A stretch of DNA of 64,000 nucleotides from NCBI GenBank assembly GCA_002633005.1, contig NMRA01000009.1, positions 667,169 through 731,168 of the forward strand, in the 5' to 3' direction. Positions 12,101 through 24,100 of this stretch are shown here, piece by piece (position 1 is the first letter of the stretch; each line of letters starts with the position of its first letter). Under the pieces are notes generated by a model. That model was not told the origin of the DNA. It saw only the letters and a program-made list of their open reading frames with translations, and searched no databases. The stretch comes from Phoronis australis. Taxonomy: Eukaryota; Animalia; Phoronida. The translations under genes and the position numbers were made by a program.

Positions 12101-15100
12101 TGAAGTGAAATAGCATTTTAAACACAGTATTTGTTCACTGGTGCTACAGTCTCTACAAACAAATAGCATTTTAAACACATTATTGTGTTCACTGGTGCTA
12201 CAGTCTCTACAAACAAATATGAAAAGCTGCACATAAAGCAAGCCTGCACCTTTCTGTTAAGACTATTACCATAACAGAGACGGACCAGATCTACCATAAG
12301 TCTTGATTGGTCAAAGAAATGATGTCAAGTAACTAGGCAACAAAGGAGGACCATCCCAACAAGGGAACTGATCATCCCAACAAGGGAACTGATCATCCCA
12401 ACAAGGGAACTGATCAGCCCAACAAGGGAACTGATCATCCCAACAAGGGAACTGATCATCCCAACAAGGGAACTGATCATCCCAACAAGGGAACTGATCA
12501 GCCCAACAAGGGAACTGATCAGCCTCTTTGTCACAATTCTCTTTTACTTTCATTCCATGTTGATGTCCACTGAGTAACAGCAACACATTTATAATCTTAC
12601 TGTATGCATATACTGTATATAGTTTGTAATAAATGCACAGCACTGAAGTGACACCTGTGAGTGTAGGTCAACAAACAAGTCAGTACAGTCAAGAACTGTA
12701 TTTTGGCTTGCATGAAGCCAACTGCGCACTGAAGGCTAGAACAAGGCCAACTTTCTGTAAGCTCACATAAAATCAACCACATGTCTGACATTATATAACT
12801 ACTCACCTTTGGGCTTAACGTCAGGAGCATCGCTATAGTTTACAGTAATTTGGTTCTCATACACAAATTCACCATCCATTCTCTTCTTAGCTCTGCAAAA
12901 ATACAACAACAACATACAACAACAACATTCAACACCACTACCAGTCAACAACCAACACACTTACAGTCTGAGCTTCATCAACAAACAGTTGCTTGATGAT
13001 CGTACAGTTACCCATTCACCAATAAGAAAACAATTTTGCCCTTCCTAAAGTTATAGCACTATTTTACCAAGAGGTCGTCAACTGAATCAAGGTAAAACAA
13101 TAGTGAAAAATAATACGCAAATAAAACAGTAGATGTGACACTTCTAAAATGTCTAATTAAATCAGTTTGTTGACATCTGAATTCTGATTGACAATAATTA
13201 TGTTTGTCCAACTGATACTTGAATACAGCCTCACCCATCAACAACTCCCAGTGAACGCCACAAGAGAAGCAAACTGATATACTCATTGCAGCTTCCCAGA
13301 TATATGCATTGCTGTGCATACCCTTCTTTAGGCCCATGCGCTTATATCCATATTTTTTCAAAATTAGTACATGTGCACAAACTCCTATATTTCCCTTTGA
13401 GGTGCAGTGCCAGGTTGCATGAAACAGTCCCAAATAGGGACTTGACCAAGTTCCCTACATGAAATGCGTATTTGTGGGGTTGTGAAAACACTGATTATTT
13501 TTTCTTATACTGTTGTTAGTAAGTCAATTTTTTACTTTGATACAAATTAAGAGTGAACTCTTTGTTGAATTATCAATATTATTGAAAATAAGCAGGGATC
13601 TTTTCATGCAAAACCCCTAACTTAAGGACTAAGTCCCTAATTATTTTGACTCAGTTTGTAGTTGTATAATTACAAAATATGTCAGTGAGGAGTTAATAAT
13701 AAAGATAAAATGATAGAAAAAGAATTAAAGAACGAAACAAATACGCAAAAGATTTGGAGAACTTAGTTGAGTCCCTAGTTGGGACTATTTCATGTAACCG
13801 GGTACAGCTGGCCATCATTTCTAAAAGAGCATGAGCTGAATTGGGAAATTTATGTGAGTTTTTGTCTATTTTTGAACTTTTCATTAATTAGTTAACGATA
13901 AACTGCATACACAACATCATCTACCATTTAGTAAGACAAATATGACACATTTAAGTAACTCCTCAATTCTATCTCGAGTGTTTTAAAACCTAACTTCAAC
14001 GGAATTTTGTTACTTTAGATGTATTAGGCTAACCAGATAGTCCTAGAAAAGCTTTAGTGAAATAAGGAAACACGAGTTCAATCACTGAAGTGTAAGCCCT
14101 CAAATGATAAGTGAAGCTGCCTTTTCCTGCCATGTTGCATCACCGTGGAATCCTAGCACAAACAAAAGGTTGTATTGAATAAGGGTCTGAATAGAACACC
14201 ACTGTGTGCAGGGTGTTAATCGCAGCTTGAATTAAAAGGGGATTCTCGCCGTGACGTAGACAAAAGCAACCCCTAACAGTTCCTTACATTTGGCAATTTA
14301 TGGCACTAGTGGGCTTAGAGCGATGCTCTTTACATACTGTAGGAACCAAATTTACGTGTGTTATCGTTGAAGATAGGCTTTAATAGAGAGGAGGGTGTAA
14401 TATAGGCACAGCTCCATAGGCACAAAGGGTGTAATATAGGCACAGCTCCATAGGCACATAGGGTGTAATATAGGCACAGCTCCATAGGCACATAGGGTGT
14501 AATATAGGCACAGCTNCTCCATGGGCACAAAGGGTGTAATATAGGCACAGCTCCATGGGCACAAAGGGTGTAATATAGGCACAGCTCCATAGGCACAAAG
14601 GGTGTAATATAGGCACAGCTCCATGGGCACAAAGGCCTTAGTAGGTCATATAAATATGTAGTAAGATGAGTTTGTGTGCATGTGTTCCTGTATAAGCATA
14701 ACTTCTGTAGTTTGTAATGGATTTCAGAAAATAAATATGGAAAGGCTAGCCTGAGGTTGGGTGCCTCAGATCTAGCCTTTACAAACACTAAAGCAATATT
14801 AAGAATTCAACATAAATGTTGCAATAAATATAAATTAACAGGGGAAACAGGACAGGGGAAGGACTTTCATGCACCTATCATATACCCATTCGCCCTGTAC
14901 TTATATGGTGAAAGAGTCAGTAATCAAGAGTCTTATATACAACGGAAATGTGAATGATCGTAATATGTACTCACGCACATATAAAAATAAACAGAAGATA
15001 CGAAAATTCTAATCTAATGCATAACATTGTGTAACAACAACATGTACTGATTGTCAAAGCATCAAATATAACTGAAAAATAATTATTAGTAACGATTGAT

Positions 15101-18100
15101 TTCTGTACATGTCTAGAATATTAACTAAAGAGATCTGTGCAGACCTCTCAATTTATTCACATTTACATCCGAGGTATCTGTTAGAATAGTGCTCACTTTC
15201 AAGTGATTCAACCATGCACTCCACAATTCTACTAGACAAAGAAATCAGCAAACTCCAGTTATCAAAAAAAAAAAAATCTGTCAGAATGTAAATGAAAAAG
15301 AGAGCCCTTCAGCTAGCAGATGTATTTCCTCAAAAGCCACTTTTACACGAGAGACAGTTGATCGTCACCATGCCAGTTGTCATGGTGCGACTTGCTTCAC
15401 TTTAGTCGCATTTACATGAAATTGGATCGAGAACTGGATCAGAACGAGTCATTTATACGAAGACTGTCTGCACATGCTCACATAAACAACAGCAAACGTC
15501 CAAACCACTTGGAATGCCAGAGGATCGCCTTTATATACACTATTGCGCAAGCGCATTGAAAGAAGCAACTCGCTTCACCTCTAAAACCAGTGCCAAAAAT
15601 GGTTGCCATGGTGTCAACTTGGTCTGTGTTGGTAGTGTTTACACACACACTTGCATGGATCAGCTGTTCCATTTTAGTTGCTCAGTGACAGCTGTCTTCA
15701 GTGTAAATGCAGCTATGGGCTGATTACTGATGAATGACTGAGTAAGGGTACAACTCAGTTACATAACCCATTCACAACCAGCAGGTTGGAGGAGTCAAAT
15801 GTTACTACACTGGCCTGACCAAGGTCAATGGCTTTTAAAAGTGCAAAGGAACTAAGATATAAAACTGCCAATTTTTCAGAATGGTTTTACCAGCACGGGT
15901 AATTATATCTCCTCCTTCTTTTACTCATACATTTTGCATTTTCACAAACTATTTCTAACGCATGTAACAATTAAAAATATTGAATTTGCCCACAGCAGAC
16001 AGTGAAACTTCCCACAAAAACTTCATTCACAGTTTCTGCAAACCTGAATAAAGTTCAGCACAAATTAGAAGCTGTATTTGGAAATGACATTCAACCTTTA
16101 ATATAAAAACTACAAGCATTTGTGCTCAAATTTCAAGGAGTGACCATCTTACAATGCCTAGAGAGAAAATAACATATAAACATAAAACAAAACTCTATAC
16201 TATTACACTCTGGTTGCAATTACTTACATATTACTAAAACGACTAACTAATAAACCTGACAAAATATGAGCTACAGAGAATACAACCTGTTCATGGAATG
16301 GCTTGACATGTAGTGACTGTCACTAAGAAATCAAATGACCACAGGTTGTTTCCCCTCTCATGTGTTCCACTCAGGAATTTAAAGACCTAAACAACTACAG
16401 TAACTTTTCAGCAGGTGGGCCTCACTTCAAGTTGGGTGTCAGGGCACGGGTGAGTTCATTTTGGTGAAGGGATCAGCCGTAAGGGAACAATGCAAAATCA
16501 AGATGAGTCCAAATCTAGGATAGGGAGTACTAGGTAAATGTTGACAAACACATAAGACTCAGAACACTACAATCAACATTTAGCTGGAAAATGTGCAAAT
16601 TTTTGTACACATTGGCTTCAACAAGAGTGTCATGCATATTTTCTTATAAAGCAGTTCCCTAAGACTAGTTCTGAAAAATCCACCCGCTGGTTTGGTGATC
16701 AAGGCAGTGAAGAAGAAGTTATCAATATAAACATGGAAGAATCCCTGAGAATAGACACTGACAGGTACCGTGTCCACTTGTCTCACACACTTTTTTACAC
16801 TTTATGTCGCATCATGTTTCTTATTTTCCTTTTTTATTGTTTCATTGTGGGGCAAATTGTACAACTTGTAATTGTGTAATTTTATTGATGGGTCTAAGTG
16901 GAAGGCAGTCATTGAGTGGCCAAGCTACCTGATCCAAATATGAAATTAATGAACAGGTTAGCAAGATATAATCCAGGGTGGGCAAATGATTCAGTGACCG
17001 GATTCCTCTAAATACTAGTCACACAGATGGCCCACACCCAGAACTTCTAGACCTAATCCTAAGCACTTTAAATGGCTGGACTGTGAACATCATGGCCAGA
17101 GACCAGGTACTGCATATAAACCTATAATGACTCACCCCCAGTGGCAGGCCTTCATACAGAGTACGCCCCTAATCTGGACACCCTGGCAAAGACGCCCAAT
17201 GTATCATTTGGACGCCCACTGTCAATCAGAATTTCTCCAGTTTGGACACATTGTAAGATTACTAGGATTCCCAGTTAACAAAAGACAGGTGACAAGTGTT
17301 GTCCCTTTCAACTAAGAAAGAAATGTACAATTTATATAAAATGTTGCAATGTTCAAAGTATTGAGAAGCAGGTGTTTGGTTGCCAATACCACTGTAGTCT
17401 CAGTACTTTCAATGGACTTAACTCTAATTGTAATTCAGTATTTTATACAGGAACACCAACCTTGGTCAACTCCAAACTGGTGTTTCAGAGATGTAGTTTC
17501 ATGTTTTTCATCTCTTTTTAAAAAACATCAAAAGCGAAATAAATGTCATTATTTTAATAATATTTTGTGCCACAAGAATATCCCCATTTAAAATGATTGA
17601 GTTTGCTCCCATTTCATGCTTTTTTAAGTGAGTTTTGATATGGACAGCAGTGACACCTGTTATCAAAATATAAACCGCACATCATCTATGCATTTTTCCT
17701 ATGTTGGTAACTGCAGTTTAATAACTCATTGTACAGAATATAAAGCTAGTTAAGATGATATGATATGATAAACTTTATAACAGCAAATTTACTTGAGATC
17801 ACCAAAAACAGTGCATTCACCATTCAACCAATATCTGTAATATCTGTTTGGTAAGCTATTTGGCTGTTTTTGTAAATTTAGACATAAAAGACTTGATCCA
17901 TGCAATTTTTTTTAGTAAAAAAGCTCACTACAAGGGAGTTGTTTTGTAAACTTAGATGTAAAAGCCTTGTTCTACACATTTTTTGTAAAAACCCTCACTG
18001 TGTGTGTTTGTGTGGGAGGGGGTGGGGTTACTGATGAATGGTGGTAGGAGGAGGGAAAATACGTCGTTGGGAATCCTGGATAAAGCTCTGCCCAATGGCC

Positions 18101-21100
18101 ATGTGTTTGTGAGTCTCATAACAGGATTGTTTCACCACCCTGTACTCAATAGTCTCTAATATGAACTATTTCAACAGGATCATTATCTCTAATCACTCAC
18201 GACTTAAAGCGTCTATAAACCTGCCTAGTGTCACAAAATCTAGTTTTTGATTTAGACGGCTTACCATTACAAAATTGATTTGAAATTGCTCCTTGGTCAA
18301 AATAGGCGAATTCTAGGCTCAGAATGAACTGATACTTGGTTATTACTCTAGATCAGGCTCTACAACTTGACTTGTCACTTATTATTGGCAAAGCATGATC
18401 TCAAGCTATAACCATCTGTCAGTTCCTTGGAAGACAAATAAAATCACTTCTCGTCTATGTAAGGAACAGGTTGACATCAATTTTATCATGGAAAGTGGTC
18501 AAAAACAAAATTTAGTTTCTTTGACGGAATGTTCGTTCATGGATGCTATAAACCTGCAATCATTACCAATCAAAAATATTTTTAGACCCACGCACCATTA
18601 AAACTGATCTTAGTCAGATTTTAATTGAGTTCTTGGCTTGGGAAGACCTGACAATTTATTACTGCTACTCACTCAATGCACACACACCTGTCAGCAACAT
18701 TAGATGACCAAGACTCTACTAGTCATTCAATGCACACACACCTGTCAGCAACATTAGATGACCAAGACTCTACTAGTCATTCAATGCACACACACCTGTC
18801 AGCAGCATTAGATGACCAAGACTCTACTAGTCATTCAATGCACACACACCTGTCAGCAGCATTAGATGACCAAGACTCTACTAGTCATTCAATGCACACA
18901 CACCTGTCAGCAGCATTAGATGACCAAGACTCTACTAGTCATTCAATGCACACACACCTGTCAGCAACATTAGACGACCAAGACTCTACTAGTCATTCAA
19001 TGCACACACACACACACACACACACACACCTGTCAGCAGCATTATTACTATTTAGACGACCAAGACTCTACTCTGCTGCTCATTCAACGCACTGAACGTG
19101 TCCGATCTTCCATAACTTAGAATTTTGAGTAAATGAAAAAAGGGGAATCGAGAGAGTTAAATTTTCTTTAATTTTCATATTCCGTGATTTTGTCTTTGCC
19201 TACTACAACTTAGAAAAACGGGGGTTATCAAATTAGTTTTTACTTTACAACTGCAAAATTTGTTGAATACACAACACTTGTCGTTATTAACAATCTTTAT
19301 TTTGTTCCGTTCGTATCCTCGGAACAAAGTTCGACAATCAACAGAACATTGGTGAAGCAATTGACCAAAGGACATCATAAAAGACGCACGATATTTCAAA
19401 ACATTCTTGGTTCATTCTCAAAAGGAAACAAAATGATGCAGTAATACCATCACAGAGCAAAAGCTGGAGACATACACAGTGGAACACGGCAGGTGTGAAA
19501 TATTGCAAAGAATGACAAATGAAGGGGTAACAGGAAAGTCACGCAAACAAATGAAGCATGTGGCGCGTCCCTGTTTGCTCCTCATTCAAAACAGGCTTTT
19601 CAAATGCAATGACAAGTGTCGTGTACTCAACCAATTTTGCATATAAGAAAACTTGTTCACGAAGTCCACTCTTTACAACTGCCTTACAAATACATGTGAC
19701 AAAAATGCAAAATTTACATGTGTAACTGAAAGGCCATTTCAACTTAAATTAGTGATTGAAATCCTTTTGAAACTTACACCAATACATTTCTTTTATGTTT
19801 TATTTCAATGTAATCGTGTTTTAGGTGTTTTAGCACAGTGTCACATACGAGTGTGCCTTGCCCTTTAACCACAAAAGCACGCTGATTTCAACATTTCTCT
19901 AAATGGCGCTAATGTTCATACGTTGTTGGGATTTTGTAATAAATTTAGTTGAGTTGAACAATCTAAGACAAGAGATTGCTTCCTTTAATTTTGTAATAAA
20001 TTTAGTTGAGTTGAACAATCTAAGACAAGAGATTGTTTTCTTTAATTTTGTAATAAATTTAGTTGAGTTGAACAATCTAAGACAAGAGATTGTTTCCTTT
20101 AATTTTTTCAAAATTGCCGACTGAATTAAGCCACACCTAATGTCTTGAGTTTGTCTATTGTTTAATGTAACAACACTGTTCAATTTGATGCGGCGCCCTA
20201 TTATTAAACGCCACTCACTCGCGACATCAACATCTTGCAAATTAAGAAATCTGCAATTTGAAATAAAATCATATTTGAATATTTTATAACTTAGTCAACA
20301 TCATAAAACAGCAACTGCTTCACGGCTTTTTGAAAAACCCGGTCAAACCCCTTACGATCAGTTTTGTTCAGCAAGAAGCAAAATTAAGCAGCTTCAAACA
20401 AGCAGAACACACACCTGTCAGCAGCATCTGCATTTGGGAACCTGACCACAGCAGAAGTACCATTAATACTGAGTACTCGACCACCACAGTTATCTGACAA
20501 CATCTTGAGTCGAGACCGCAAGGCACTCATCTCTCGTTTGGGAAGGTTGGACACTATCAACTCTGTAGTGTTCTTCTGTGGACAGTACAAATAGTGAAAA
20601 TGATTAGGACTGTTATAGAGGTTAAAAAGAAAAGTATAAATTTGAGTGTGAAACGTAACCTATGATGACTTCAGAAAAAGTAGTATTCTTCGATGATTTC
20701 ATACTTTTTCTTCATTTTCATTTATGTTGAGAAATTTAACAGAACAGAATTTCCTTTGTCCACCATATTGTGTGAATAATTACCACAACAAGTTTTCTCA
20801 TTCTAGCTACATTGCATAAGTGGAGTTAAAATAAGCTTCAACTGGTTCTGCTCAGCTTCAAAAATTGAACTCTAGTTAGAGCCTTTTTCCTTGCCAGAAC
20901 AAAAGAAATGTCTACTTTTGGCAAAATGTTCCATCAATGAGATGTTATTGGAACTGTGAACAATACAGCAATATAAACAAAAAATTAAGTCCCCAATTTG
21001 GTAAAATTTCCCCCTGAAACAAGAGCAACGCTGGGGCACTTGACATGTACCCATGTGCAGTGAAAACAATATCTTTCTAGGGGCCACTAGGAAGTGCTAC

Positions 21101-24100
21101 AGTACTCGAATCCATCTGCAAATTAATTAGTGCAGGAGCATTGTCATCATACACCTCTGAGTCAAAAGTCTTTGAAATCGATCCATCAGTTCTCCAAATT
21201 TGATTTGGAAATTTTCTTACCCAAAGCAACATTTAAAAAGCCCTTTGTCGAGAACAACATGGCTGCTAGAAGGCACTACATTGATCAAATCTGCTCGAAA
21301 ATAAAATGGTGCAAGCACATGGTCAGCTCTATGCAAAGTTTCATTGAATTCCACCACTCGATTATCTAGATATCTGGAAATACTTTTCCCCAAAACGACA
21401 CTTGAAACGCCCATAGTCACAATTCTGCAGTGGTCCAGTCGTCCTCAAAAGCGAATGGTTCAGCGCACTGACATCATACAATGTATGTATTTCCACGTAA
21501 CTTATGAACCTTAAAATCACCAGAAGCCTTGTATGATGAACAAAGCCCAAATGAAAGAATTGATACCAAGATTCAACACATCAATCGCACAGATAACGAA
21601 CAATATAAAACAGGTTTGACGTACTCTTTGCACAATGCGTTCAGGGAGTTTTCCGACCAGTTCATCAAAACTGAAGTGTTCGTGTGCGCAGGCAATAAGG
21701 GCATCCTGTACATTGTGTTTGTGAAGCAAAATGATGGTTAGATTGTGACGGTGGCGTAGATCGGACAGTTCTGAGGCGAAATTCACGTCACCTAGAGGAA
21801 GATGTTGGATAACTCATTTTTAAGCATCAGAGTTATTAAAAATATAATTTAGGCAAAAGATTGGACTAATTCTAGTCAGAAGATATTCAAAAGATTGGAC
21901 TAATTCTAGTCAGAAGATATTCAGAAGCATCGCCAATAGCCACCATAGTTACATGATATGATTTTCCCTGAATAAATAATAATCATATGCATACTAATCA
22001 TCTTCATAGAAATTCTAATACTCAATGAGAACTACAAGTTAAGAACACTCATTCAACAATAAATGCCATGCTTTTTTACTTTGAAATTAATACACTCATT
22101 AAAACATTAATCCACGGGTTTCTTTAATTTAAACTGCCATTAAATTCACTAAATAACTACCGAAAGACTCATTAACCTGAGATTAAAACAACCGTAGCCG
22201 GGGGCCTATGCGTGTTACCAAATCGACGTAAACTCTGGCGTAACTTGTCATCGGCAGCATTCTTACTTGTGGCATTAATATGGACGACTGTCACCTGGAG
22301 ACAGACATATGTATACAAATAAACAGTTACAATAGATCACTCATCACATGTGTGTAGAGACGCACGGATCGCTACAGTAAAGTGTGTATGTATAGAGACA
22401 CAAAGAACGTTACTGTAAAGTCACTAGTTGTGACTGTGACATTGAGAACACTGACTAAAATACAGGCAACTGCTTTCATTCTATGCACTGGAGATCTCAA
22501 TTACAATTTCTGAAGTTTATATCCTACATCAGAACTTTAAAACGGAACTGGCTGTTTTGAGTACAACGGGAAGTGAAAACTATTTCAATTTTCTTCCACA
22601 TACAGTAAGAAATACCTGGGCATCATTGAGTTCCTGGATGACATCTCTGTTCTCTTTGTTTACATCACACACACACATAAACTCTGCCTCACGGTAACCT
22701 TTAAACAGCCTGCCAAGAATAGCATTATCAAGTCTGACAGAAAAAATTGTCTAGAGAATGTAAAATGATCAAATTAGCCATCTGGTACAATGAAAATTAC
22801 TGACAAAGTTAAAAGTCAATACAACTGAGTCAAGAACACAGCATTAAATCCGTGCTTTCTATCAAAAACAAGTTTTGATTCAGGTAACTTGCCATTATGA
22901 AATTGGTATCTTATTATATTTTAAAGTAAAAAAGTGTGATTTCTGGGTTTGGAAAGAACTGAAAATTGTTTATTTTCAGACCATAAAGACATAGCGGTGA
23001 AGACATAACAGTGAAGACATAGCGGTGAAGACATAACGGTGAAGACATAACGGTGAAGACATAATGGTGAAGACATAGCGGTGAAGACATAACCCCCCAA
23101 TGATCACTTTTGAACTGATTGACAAGGTCAATTTTATTACAGAAAGTGACCTAAATCTCTTGACAGAAAGCTCAGGTTAAAGGCTAATTCAACAACAAAT
23201 GTATCCTCGTAGGTAAAGAGAGCATCAAAAATAATATTTCAAAAATCTTTTTAAAAACTCCTTTAGGACTGTTCCAGCAAAATCTTTATGGTAGGGGGGA
23301 AGGCACTTTTATTTCGTACCCACCGTCCATATTTTTCATTTATTTCTTCAACCCCTGACCCATAATTTTTTAATTAATAGGTTAAAATACAAAATCCATG
23401 ACCAGTTAAGAACTTAGAAGAACTAGTTGTCTTGTCCAATATTGTCAAAAACTAAAGTAGCCAAGAGGGTGGTCGAATCAAAACGAAAATGACTTCTGTC
23501 AACGCATCCATCCCTGCTATATATTTTTGTGCCAAATTTCACCCAGTTGTGCCTTGCACTTTTTTAGATAATCAACCTGTCTTGTCAAAAACTAACGGGG
23601 TGCCATAGTAGTTGAATCCAGCCTCCAATTGACTGGTGCCGGCACATTCTTGCGATATACTTCTATTTCGACTTTCATTGTCAGTGATCAGTAAAGCAGT
23701 TTTTGAGATAATCAACATACAAGGAATTGCTTGTCAAAAACTAAAGCGGCCAACATGGGGTACCAAGGTTGCCAAACCTACGTGGAAATCGACTGGTGCA
23801 GGCGCATCCTTGCCAAGTACCTCTATACCGAATTTCATCATGATCCACCCAGCAGTTCTTGAGATAATTGATGGGCATGAAAGGATAATGACAGACGGAC
23901 CGACCACAAAGTTTTTGTGGGTGCAGAACAATTCCATGTGAGATCACAACTCATATCAGTTACCAGAAACTTGCTTTTCAAAGACATCTGGGAGCAATAC
24001 TTTTGGCAGCCACTAGGTGTCTCTGTTCACCATGTGGCTGTAATTTCAATAGATTTTTTACAATTTCATGGATCTATGAATCTCAAACTGTCTCCACGAA

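Noticed and set aside
12311-12643. DQFPCWD-repeat ORF on the MARF1 strand behind an acceptor-like ttactcag
   Set aside because: The upstream exon is phase 1, which gives VDINME* rather than the repeat frame, and the flanking exons join in frame without it. At most a poison exon; unsupported.
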